From Eubacteriales bacterium (GTDB lineage: Bacteria; Bacillota; Clostridia; Oscillospirales; CAG-272), in assembly GCA_051867915.1 (NCBI GenBank), contig JBJDZJ010000191.1, forward strand, positions 5,487 through 69,486: 64,000 bases of DNA. Direction: 5' to 3'. The stretch's first letter is position 1. Each line of letters begins with the position of its first letter. The notes beneath the pieces are model-generated. The model saw only the letters and a list, made by a program, of their open reading frames with translations. It was not told where the DNA came from and did not search any database. Position numbers and translations under genes: made by a program. This document shows, in pieces, positions 26,701 through 34,321 of the stretch.

Positions 26701-27965
26701 GTCAGTGGATCAGCGAAAAGGACGGTCTGACGCAGCTGGAATTCAACGGCTTCGGCAGTTATGAGACGGGTGGCAGACCCGGACTGTCGGGTGTTGTGAC
26801 AATCGACGGCCATTCGGTATCCTATTCCCTTGATGAGGCGACGCTGTCCGGGTCCTTCGTCTACAACGGAAAGCTCTACCTGATTTCCTACGATGAGACG
26901 AAATCTGCGCTGATCCTCACGGACGGAGGCAGTTCAACCGTATATCAGCGGAAGGATGCTTTCGGCAGTCTGACGCTTGCCGATGAAAGCGGACGGCTGT
27001 ACACCTTCGACGGCAGAGGAAATCTCGGCTCCATGGGTACCATGAGCATAACGGACGGCGACGGTAAGACGACGCTGTATCAGTATCGGCTGTCCGGCAG
27101 CGATCTGACCGTCTATCAGAGCGGCAGAAATGTGGGAAGACTGTACCGGGATGAAAAGACCAATGCCTACTGCCTGTCCCTGTCGGGAAATGCCAACAGA
27201 ACCCTGCGGATTAAGACCTCCTTCACCGGAACCTGGGGCATGAGCGGTTCGCTGGAAAATCTGGTGATCGGTACGATGGGATTGGACAATACGCTCGAAG
27301 GCAGAGTCAACGGAGAAAAAGTGACCTTCGTTTTGGAGGACGGTCATCTGACCTTCACCTATCTGGAGTCTCCATTCTATGTGATTGCGATCGGAGAGAG
27401 TGATCTGGTTATCAGCCAGCAGTTGGACTGGTACATGACCACCGATGGCATCTATTGCGCCCCCATTGACGATCTTTTCGGCACCTGGACCAACTCCCTT
27501 GGAGCATCCTATGAGTTTGACGGTGTGTCAAACAGTACCCTGACTTCCGGAACGGCTCAGTCCTGTTCGGGCGATAATGTGACCGGATACTTCTATATCT
27601 ACGAGAACGGGCAGTATATTTTGTGGACCGTTAGTGAAACCACCGGTGAGACCTTGCTCTATCGTCTGATTATGTGCGATCCCGATACACGGCGTGCCTT
27701 CATCAACGGCGATCGGGCGTTTACTGTGGAACAGGGCGACAATCTGTACAATGCCTCCGTTCGGGATGTGGACAGCGGTGTTGTTTATACCTTCGACGGA
27801 TTCGGAAAGGTCACGACCTCCGAGGGCGAGACCTACGATTATACGCTGACTTCTATCGACATGACCAACGGCATCGCCATCGTCAGAATAACAATGGGCG
27901 ACGAGGTTAAAACCGCGACCGTTGATTTCAGCAATTCACAGGATTATACCATGACTCTTCGGTAA
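23760..27965 (+). CDS. Large (~1401 aa) surface lipoprotein: Ig-like N-domain, GLUG-motif beta-helix-type region, then ~9 degenerate lipocalin-like repeats
   Basis: Start MKSRRMTACVLVFLLAGLTAC (lipobox) after GAAAGGTG. GLUG-type motifs YVGLFGI, VGGLMGL, AGGISGY, TGGITGY, AGGVVGC and IGGVLGG. The C-terminal half is built from ~90-aa units of the type G(T/S)W...(Y/F)TFDG.G. Confidence 0.85.
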   Translation: MKSRRMTACVLVFLLAGLTACTGNGSTTTTTADTSDVSATTQTGLPPVTSPVTAPVTDTKEEGKVTLTFVDQAGITFVCDKRSGASVEEGSTVSFSLQKSVFYEGTPVVTANGEVLTPSDNSYSVTLEEDTRIEVTGITLMESTMEGGGTDTTDPFIITSPVDLLFIAEQVNAGNTVYSEGYYTLDADLDFLGEELEVIGDGRNEYAYFSGYFDGAGHTISNFRLTTTNTQYVGLFGILQANVSNSVGGTVYMLNLKDYTVSAEIKDASMFCGSFVGYGIGGNLLLCNAENGKMEIYADSNNFSYVGGLMGLQQALDYNNMSYLSSVTYCASDVDISCRDGMTFSAGGISGYLACSTNLVVASINNCYFTGDVRGAMRTGGITGYMSSNTGIVNCYSTGIVGAQSSVSDHENSEYYCYAYAGGVVGCASENSVVSECFATGTLYCKAELGSAYEKIGGVLGGAEPVTEGAYTSYEATVYNCIYAEGGTDGDLNLTDGATLREKLHWNDCDWVFKEGSYPTVNLTEDNEYSFDITFNFDGTDNLSVTEFDAYMPMYFWYLDGSLPTGLVGDEGDTRTSYGYFFDPELTMPLPDGYVPTHTMTIYAATSDYAEVAGEYVIVTSNKDQTVRLTLNTDGSFTYTDGATLLTSYFRYDGQTLVFADARFGRYAENTLSMEKYQFVDFMGRVKDGKLTIFGGVVNDDTESVTLFTEKNPLIALSVEKILTGAYRSGNILYTFAPDGTGTRTVDGMVSDFTYTRDQNAFVVTLGDKTLSGSISGDKLTLDGGALTPSDAYMGSWTVNSKANKVFTFDGAGGWSYEYYGYLTSAGKTVLERKSGSYTVNYDGSLTLSGDFGGNAKFTDGTLSVTTTEGSYTCYRQGSYYGTWVYPDYGMTLYLYGIGESGEGIARVEYLYDNGTVEFYDLTYSMDNLIPGVICIYYDMDVFGYLSYVPGSDTLNATVYVGPLAVFMQNVSLCREDEFKGQWISEKDGLTQLEFNGFGSYETGGRPGLSGVVTIDGHSVSYSLDEATLSGSFVYNGKLYLISYDETKSALILTDGGSSTVYQRKDAFGSLTLADESGRLYTFDGRGNLGSMGTMSITDGDGKTTLYQYRLSGSDLTVYQSGRNVGRLYRDEKTNAYCLSLSGNANRTLRIKTSFTGTWGMSGSLENLVIGTMGLDNTLEGRVNGEKVTFVLEDGHLTFTYLESPFYVIAIGESDLVISQQLDWYMTTDGIYCAPIDDLFGTWTNSLGASYEFDGVSNSTLTSGTAQSCSGDNVTGYFYIYENGQYILWTVSETTGETLLYRLIMCDPDTRRAFINGDRAFTVEQGDNLYNASVRDVDSGVVYTFDGFGKVTTSEGETYDYTLTSIDMTNGIAIVRITMGDEVKTATVDFSNSQDYTMTLR

Positions 27966-28040
27966 GGACCTAAGAGAAAGGTGAATCATAGATCGGATCA
28001 TTCCGACCCGAAACTGATCTGCAAGAAAGGAAGAACAAGA

Positions 28041-30860
28041 ATGAAAACGAAACATTTTCCCACTCGTCTGACTGCGCTGATCCTCAGTGTGTTCATGTTA
28101 GTGCCGACACTGTTGACGGCATGCAAGAGTGGCGATGGGGAAACTACGACCTCCGACAAAACCACAAGTATCGGTGCGTCAAGTTCCGCTGCGACTACGG
28201 TTTCCGACGGCACTCAGCAGAGCCCCGATACCACGCCTCCGACGACAGGTATGGTTTCCTATACCGTCCTTGTGAAAACACAGGGAGGAATGCCCATATC
28301 GGGAGCCAAAGTTGTGATGACCGACCCTCAGGGAATTGAGGTTGCCAACTCCACCACCGATGAGAGCGGCAAGTATACCACATGGCTGAATCCTGCCGAA
28401 TATTCGGTGACCGTCTCCGGTCTGAAAGAGGGATTCCAGGCACCCACCGAGCCGGTGAAGACCTCCAAAGAGGGCGGAGAACAGACCGTCACGATCCAGA
28501 CCTCGGTTATCACTACTGAGGCGCCTTCCGGTCTCGCATATCAGGTGGGCGACATGATGTATGACTTCACCTTTGTCGACGACAACGGTAACGAGGTGAA
28601 ACTGACCGACATCCTGAAAACCAAGAAACTGGTTGTCCTGAACTTCTGGGCAACCTGGTGCGGACCCTGTAAGTCGGAATTCCCTGCCATCCAGGAAGCG
28701 TACGAAGAATATGAGGATTCGGTGGAAATCATCGCCATGAGCATCTCCGATAACCGGGGTGCCTGCCTTGAATTTAAACAAAGCGGCGGTTATACCTTCC
28801 GTTTCCTTCCCGATTTCGGCTTGAATGAGGCGTTCAAGGCGTTTGGCAACGGCGCAATCCCCTATACCCTGTTTATCGACCGTTACGGTATGTTTGTCAA
28901 CTATGTGCAGGGTGCCGATCCCAGCGCAGAAGCCTGGAAAACGGAATTTGAGGGCTATACCTCTGATAACTATGTTCAGAAGCCCGGTTCTCCCATTTCT
29001 GCCGATACCTATCCCGAAACTTCCGGCTCCGAGGATGTGGAGAAGCCCGATGTGTCCATGCCCGCCTCTTCTGAGATTGAGGCTGCCATCAACGGTTCCG
29101 GATTCAAGGGAAGCTATACGGCTCCTGCTTCCGATACCATTTGGCCCTGGGTTCTGTCCGAGGATAAACAGAGCATCGTTCCCGGCAACATCGGAAAACA
29201 TTCATCTGCCGCTATGATTACCACCGAAGTCACCCTTAAGAAAGGGCAGGCTCTGGCATTTGATTTCCGGGCGTCCATCGAACGGGACAGCCAGTCGGTC
29301 TACGACTATGATATGTTCGTCATCTATGTAGACGGCAGCGCGGTTCAGAACTTCTACGGTAAGCACAGTGATTGGGAAACCTGCTACGCCTATGTGGCGG
29401 ATGCCGACGGAACCTATTCCGTCACCCTCTACTACGCAAAGGACGATTCCGACTGGTATCTGCCCGATGGGGAAGAATATCTGAATATCCGCAATATGCG
29501 GATTGTCGGTGTGGACGACATCGCCTCCTCCGGTGTTTCGCTGAATATCCGCCGCCCTGCAACCACCGGGGTCAATACCGCTGATAATCCCGCCACCAGT
29601 TATCTGAACTATGTTGATGTGGTTCTGAATAAGGAGGACGGCTTCTACCATGTTGGAACGGCAGACGGTCCCATTCTTCTGGCAGGTATCATGAACGGAA
29701 CCGCCTGGTCTCCGACTTCTGCTTACACTCTTGCAACCAACGGCTATCTGATCATCGGCGGTGTGGATTACGAAAGTTCGGTTACCAAATATGCTTGGCT
29801 GGAAAAGCACAGTACACTTCCTTATTGCCCGGTAGATGCGAAACTGGCAGATCTTCTGGATCTGATCGCCTCCTCTGTGGGTGAAGGACCCGACCATGAC
29901 AAGGAATGGTTGGAGTTCTGTTGCTACTACGATCACTATGGTACCGGCAAGGGCATCACCGAGGTTCGTGATGTCCGTCAGGGCATCAGCATGGACAGTT
30001 CCTTTACCGCAACCGAGGGAACCAATCATGTGGTTGTCAATCAGGTCCTGGTTCCCAGAGGATTCTACTATGAATTCAAGCCCACCAAGAGCGGTGTTTA
30101 TGTCTTCCATTCGGTCAACCCCGCTGATGATGAAATTGATACCATCGCATGGCTGATGGCTTCCGACGGAACATTCCTGGATGAGGATAACGACAGCTAT
30201 GACGGAACCAACTTCCAGATCAAGAGTTATTGTAAGGCAGGAGAAAGCTACTATCTTCTGACGGCATTCAATGCGACCGACGCACTGGGCGAGTATGACT
30301 TTGTGATTGAATATTTGGCGGAAACAGCTGATGATTTCATCCCCTGCACCTTCCAGTATACCACCAATGAGAGCGGCTCCCAGATTCTGATTGACCGCCG
30401 TTACAATGTGCATGTTGCATTGGGTACAGACGGCTACTATCATCAGGTGCTTTCCTATAAAGCAGACGGAACCCCCGTTCTGGACTACTCTGAGCATGGC
30501 TATGTCTATGTGGATTTTGTGGGTGTTTCGATCTTTACTTCCTATATCCCCTGGATTGGCAGTTACTGCACGCTCCAGAAGTATATTGAGGAAAACGGCA
30601 AGAGCAACAACGGCGGCTTTGACTTTACCATCCGTACCGACAGTGAGGGTACTTCTTTGGCAGAACTTGGCAACCATCAGGCTGAAATGGAAGCTTATCT
30701 GGCAGAAGCCCTGAAGGCGACCGGTGATGAGTACGGCTTTGTGAAGGCGGATGAACAGTTGGTTGAGATTCTGAACTCTACATTGATCCGCCTCTACGGC
30801 GAACCCAGTGTAGTGGATCAGTGGCTGATGTTCTGCTACTATTACAGACACTTAAACTGA
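28041..30860 (+). CDS. Lipoprotein (939 aa): prealbumin-like beta-sandwich + TlpA/ResA-like thioredoxin (WCGPC) + ~600-aa uncharacterised region with a PPC-like domain and two copies of a G(F/Y)YH module
   Basis: Start MKTKHFPTRLTALILSVFMLVPTLLTAC after AAAGGAAG. CarboxypepD_reg-like segment YTVLVKTQGGMPISGAKVVMTDPQGIEVANSTTDESGKYTTWL. Thioredoxin core KKLVVLNFWATWCGPCKSEFP (WCGPC at 28656-28670). Confidence 0.85.
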   Translation: MKTKHFPTRLTALILSVFMLVPTLLTACKSGDGETTTSDKTTSIGASSSAATTVSDGTQQSPDTTPPTTGMVSYTVLVKTQGGMPISGAKVVMTDPQGIEVANSTTDESGKYTTWLNPAEYSVTVSGLKEGFQAPTEPVKTSKEGGEQTVTIQTSVITTEAPSGLAYQVGDMMYDFTFVDDNGNEVKLTDILKTKKLVVLNFWATWCGPCKSEFPAIQEAYEEYEDSVEIIAMSISDNRGACLEFKQSGGYTFRFLPDFGLNEAFKAFGNGAIPYTLFIDRYGMFVNYVQGADPSAEAWKTEFEGYTSDNYVQKPGSPISADTYPETSGSEDVEKPDVSMPASSEIEAAINGSGFKGSYTAPASDTIWPWVLSEDKQSIVPGNIGKHSSAAMITTEVTLKKGQALAFDFRASIERDSQSVYDYDMFVIYVDGSAVQNFYGKHSDWETCYAYVADADGTYSVTLYYAKDDSDWYLPDGEEYLNIRNMRIVGVDDIASSGVSLNIRRPATTGVNTADNPATSYLNYVDVVLNKEDGFYHVGTADGPILLAGIMNGTAWSPTSAYTLATNGYLIIGGVDYESSVTKYAWLEKHSTLPYCPVDAKLADLLDLIASSVGEGPDHDKEWLEFCCYYDHYGTGKGITEVRDVRQGISMDSSFTATEGTNHVVVNQVLVPRGFYYEFKPTKSGVYVFHSVNPADDEIDTIAWLMASDGTFLDEDNDSYDGTNFQIKSYCKAGESYYLLTAFNATDALGEYDFVIEYLAETADDFIPCTFQYTTNESGSQILIDRRYNVHVALGTDGYYHQVLSYKADGTPVLDYSEHGYVYVDFVGVSIFTSYIPWIGSYCTLQKYIEENGKSNNGGFDFTIRTDSEGTSLAELGNHQAEMEAYLAEALKATGDEYGFVKADEQLVEILNSTLIRLYGEPSVVDQWLMFCYYYRHLN

Positions 30861-30884
30861 CTCTCCTGTACGGAAGTTCCCTCT

Positions 30885-30926
30885 CCGATCCTTCCATCGG
30901 CGGAAAACGGTCGATGGAAGGATCGG
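30885..30926 (+). promoter_or_regulatory. Long perfect stem-loop between the two thioredoxin-lipoprotein genes
   Basis: 15-bp perfect stem CCGATCCTTCCATCG / CGATGGAAGGATCGG with a 12-nt loop. It is followed by GAATCCGG, so there is no T-tract. Confidence 0.5.
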
Positions 30927-30987
30927 GAATCCGGACCATGTAATGATCTCGGATCACGATGATTATACTACGAATGGAGAAAATACA

Positions 30988-31893
30988 ATGAAACGAACCA
31001 CATCCCGAATTTTGGCGGCATTGCTCTCTGTTACCCTTGCACTGCCCGTTTTGGTGTCCTGTCAGGAAAATACGGTGGAGAACCCTTCGTCGTCTACCTC
31101 TGCACAGACCGAAATGACTGCGGTAACAACCGAAGCGAATTTGGAGCCCGGCGATCCGGTTCCCTATTCCTTTACGGTCAAGACAACGGGAGGATTGGCA
31201 CTCTCCGGAATAGAACTGATTCTGACCGATTCCGAAGGCAATCAGGTGGCAGATGCGACCACCGATAAGAGCGGAAAATGCAGTGTAACATTGCCTGCCT
31301 ATGAATATACCGTGTCCCTGAAGGGACTTAAGGCAGGATATTCGCTTCCTGCAGGCTCTGTCAAAACCACCAGAGAGGGCGGACAGGTGAAAGTTCCGGT
31401 GGAAACCGGGGTCATCACCCAAAAGGAACCCAATACCCACAGAAGTTACTCAGAAGGGGACATTATGTATGATTACACCTTCACGGTAGACGGGGAGGAA
31501 GTCAAACTGTCCGAATTGCTGGAAACCAAAAAACTGGTGGTCATCAACTTCTGGGCAACCTGGTGCGGTCCCTGCGTGTCTGAATTTCCTGCCATTGAAG
31601 AGGCATATGCCGATTATAAGGATTCGGTGGCAATCATCGCTTTGAGTATCTCCGATAATGAGTTTGCATGTTCCAATTTCAAAAAACGGGGAAAGTACAG
31701 CTTCACTATGATGCCGGAAGACGGTATCGGTATTTATTCCCGATTTGACAAGGGTGGCATCCCGTTGAGCATCTATGTTGACCGCTACGGAATGTATGTG
31801 GGCTATGATCTGGGCGCAGATACCAGTGTGGATTCCTGGAAGGCTAAATTCAAACGGTATACCGCTGACAACTATGTCCAAAGAATCGAATAA
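30988..31893 (+). CDS. Lipoprotein (301 aa): prealbumin-like beta-sandwich + TlpA/ResA-like thioredoxin (WCGPC)
   Basis: Start MKRTTSRILAALLSVTLALPVLVSC after GGAGAAAA. YSFTVKTTGGLALSGIELILTDSEGNQVADATTDKSGKCSV, then KKLVVINFWATWCGPCVSEFP (WCGPC at 31561-31575). By eye roughly 60 percent identical to the first ~300 aa of the preceding gene. Confidence 0.85.
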   Translation: MKRTTSRILAALLSVTLALPVLVSCQENTVENPSSSTSAQTEMTAVTTEANLEPGDPVPYSFTVKTTGGLALSGIELILTDSEGNQVADATTDKSGKCSVTLPAYEYTVSLKGLKAGYSLPAGSVKTTREGGQVKVPVETGVITQKEPNTHRSYSEGDIMYDYTFTVDGEEVKLSELLETKKLVVINFWATWCGPCVSEFPAIEEAYADYKDSVAIIALSISDNEFACSNFKKRGKYSFTMMPEDGIGIYSRFDKGGIPLSIYVDRYGMYVGYDLGADTSVDSWKAKFKRYTADNYVQRIE

Positions 31894-32040
31894 TCGGTCA
31901 TTCCATATCCTTCTTTTGAGGGCAACCTGCTTTCGGATGGGATGCGTTCCCCTCTGTATTGGCTGTCCGACCGAAAGGATGAATTTGTATCTTACCCGAA
32001 GGGGTTTCCGTCGGGTGTGAATATAGAAAGGAAATAAATC

Positions 32041-34080
32041 ATGAAAAAGCACAAGAAACTTCTTCTCAGTCTGGCAGTTCTTTGCCTGACAACCATGGTG
32101 TTGGCTTCCTGTGGCGGTGGAGAAGGCAATACGACCACCAAGTCGGATTCGACTCAAACCACCACGACTGCGGCAGTCACACCCGGTGCATCCACCACAA
32201 ATCCTGCCACTTCTCCCGATCCTTCTACCGATGAAAAGGCATATGTGTTCACCGTCGTCTGCGGCGATACCAATCAGCCTGTCAGCGGTGCGCAGGTTCA
32301 GATCTGCAAAGGCGATGAATTCTGCCTGATGCCCGTAGCAACCGATTCCGACGGTAAGGCCAATTATGTTCTCACCGGCGGCAATGACTACGGCGAGTAC
32401 GATGTCCATATCATCGGAGGCATTCCCGAAGGATACACCTTCGACAATGCTTCGGTGAAGACAACTGCGGACACCCACAATTATACCCTGACCCTGGTGA
32501 AGTCCGGAGAGGAAACTTCTCCTAAAACATCCGGAGAGGCAACCGGCGCACCTACGACTACCAATCCTCCTGTCACCAATCCTCCTGTCACCAATCCTCC
32601 TGCTACCAATCCTCCTGTCACCAATCCTCCCGCTACTAATCCCCCTGCCACCAATCCCCCGACTCCCACCACATCGGCTCCCATCATTACTACGACGAAG
32701 CCCGCAGTGACGACCCAGCCGGGAACCGACAATCCCCCTGCAGCCTGCCAGCACACTTTTGTCAACGAGATCTGCACCAAGTGCGGCGAAACCAAAACAT
32801 ACAATTACACCCTGAAAGTGGTCTACGACTATGACTGCGAGGATGCAGACGGTGTTTCCCACAAAGCGGGCGATCCCATCTCCGGAGTAGAGATGGTATT
32901 CACCAACGGTGAGATGGATCATCTGTATGCCAAGGGTACCACCGATAAAAACGGTGAGATCACCTTTACGGCTCCCAAGTATGTGGAGACTCAAGTCTAT
33001 GACGGCGTAAAGACCGAAGTTGCCGGATTTACCATCACCGTCACAGGCGGAATGCCCGAGGGCTTCATGCACGATCCGCTTCTGGCGTTCCAGCCCGGTG
33101 CCACGACGCATACCATTTCCTTCTATCCCAAGCCGGTTCAGGGAGAGCGGACCGCTTTCAATCCCGATACTCTGAAAGCAGGAGTTACGGTAAAGGTTTC
33201 TCTCGGCGAAGCTCGAATGGACGATATTGATGATTTCTGGCATACTCCCCAGGACGATTCTCTCTACTATTATGCTTTTCGTCCGACCAAGCAGAGCGAT
33301 GTGGGTGTTTACCGTGTCACCATCACCAATCTGAAGGGTGCTTCCTCTGTTTATATCGGAAACTACCCCAACTCCGGATACGGCTATGTCGCTTATTCTC
33401 CCGATTACTCTGACAGTGGTGCGAATCCTTCTTTTGAATTTATCATTGAGGATACCTACCTGAAGAACAGCGATGGCGAATGGACCTTTGATAACAAGTG
33501 GCTGTTCGGTGTCCGTGCGGATGACGCAAATGCCACCTATCCCGTTACATTCGATCTGAAGATCGAGCGGATCAGAGACATTGTCCCCGGTCAGGATGTC
33601 CCGATTTATGACTATGTGTACCCCGATGTTCCCGCCAATGCACCAAAGGCAGATGCCATCACCGGTTCTGTTGACGGAAAGACTTTGGGTTATGTATCTA
33701 CCGATGTGGAACTGGTCAAGGACAGCAAGGGCTACTACCATGTCGGTTCTGTTGACGGTCCCATGGTTATGCTGCTTATCAGCAGTGCAAACCGGATTCT
33801 CGGAAGCGAGGGTCTGACCTTCTGTAATGTCAATACATATTCGGGTGCGGAAAACCTGAGTGCATCTACCTACGATGAGGCAACCAACACCTATACCATT
33901 TACAAGTACGAAAGTATGCTTCAGCAGTACGGTACCCTTTGTAATGAAGACGGTGCTTATCCCGTGAACGATCAGCTCCTTGACTTCCTGAAGCTGTGGG
34001 TTTCTCAGAAGGCAAGCACGGTTCCTGCGACGGTGGATAAGGATCACGCATATCTGTATGCTTGCTCCATCTATCAGTAA
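32041..34080 (+). CDS. Lipoprotein (679 aa): prealbumin-like beta-sandwich + TNPP(V/A) linker + uncharacterised region ending in the same G(F/Y)YH...CxxY module as 28041-30860; no thioredoxin domain
   Basis: Start MKKHKKLLLSLAVLCLTTMVLASC after AAAGGAAA. YVFTVVCGDTNQPVSGAQVQICKGDEFCLMPVATDSDGKANYV. The C-terminal KDSKGYYHVGSVDGPMVMLL ... PVNDQLLDFLKLW ... AYLYACSIYQ parallels KEDGFYHVGTADGPILLAG ... PVDAKLADLLDLI ... WLEFCCYYDHY in the 939-aa protein. Confidence 0.8.
   Translation: MKKHKKLLLSLAVLCLTTMVLASCGGGEGNTTTKSDSTQTTTTAAVTPGASTTNPATSPDPSTDEKAYVFTVVCGDTNQPVSGAQVQICKGDEFCLMPVATDSDGKANYVLTGGNDYGEYDVHIIGGIPEGYTFDNASVKTTADTHNYTLTLVKSGEETSPKTSGEATGAPTTTNPPVTNPPVTNPPATNPPVTNPPATNPPATNPPTPTTSAPIITTTKPAVTTQPGTDNPPAACQHTFVNEICTKCGETKTYNYTLKVVYDYDCEDADGVSHKAGDPISGVEMVFTNGEMDHLYAKGTTDKNGEITFTAPKYVETQVYDGVKTEVAGFTITVTGGMPEGFMHDPLLAFQPGATTHTISFYPKPVQGERTAFNPDTLKAGVTVKVSLGEARMDDIDDFWHTPQDDSLYYYAFRPTKQSDVGVYRVTITNLKGASSVYIGNYPNSGYGYVAYSPDYSDSGANPSFEFIIEDTYLKNSDGEWTFDNKWLFGVRADDANATYPVTFDLKIERIRDIVPGQDVPIYDYVYPDVPANAPKADAITGSVDGKTLGYVSTDVELVKDSKGYYHVGSVDGPMVMLLISSANRILGSEGLTFCNVNTYSGAENLSASTYDEATNTYTIYKYESMLQQYGTLCNEDGAYPVNDQLLDFLKLWVSQKASTVPATVDKDHAYLYACSIYQ
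32560..32664 (+). repeat. Seven tandem 15-bp units (ACCAATCCTCCTGTC consensus) encoding (TNPPV/A)x7
   Basis: Read directly: units start at 32560, 32575, 32590, 32605, 32620, 32635 and 32650, each with 0-5 substitutions relative to the consensus (the last two units are the most diverged). In frame within the 32041-34080 CDS. Confidence 0.95.
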
Positions 34081-34107
34081 TTCCGACGGTTTCATCCTAC
34101 AAAAAGA

Positions 34108-34146
34108 GCGATCGGCAATCCTTTGCGGATTGCCGATCGTTTTTTC
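34108..34146. terminator. Bidirectional rho-independent terminator closing the 27-kb plus-strand block
   Basis: GCGATCGGCAATCC tttgc GGATTGCCGATCG followed by TTTTTTC. It is preceded by CAAAAAGA, which gives a T-tract for the convergent minus-strand unit. Confidence 0.8.
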
Positions 34147-34321
34147 AAAATCGGTTGTTTGGATGTGAAACCGTGATTCACAATTGAAATCAAATTTTCT
34201 CTTCCGTTCGCCCCTATTCCCGGTTGAATCTATCCCCCATGATGCAGTTTCCGAAATCTGCACCGTGGGGGATCCAACTCATAGGGCGTGCCGCAGGACG
34301 GTCGGACAACGGCCGCAGGAC

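Noticed and set aside
32560-32664. Tandem 15-bp repeats, considered as a possible CRISPR-like or minisatellite array.
   Set aside because: The units abut directly with no spacers, are in frame, and encode TNPP(V/A) inside a long CDS. This is a coding linker repeat, not a CRISPR array.
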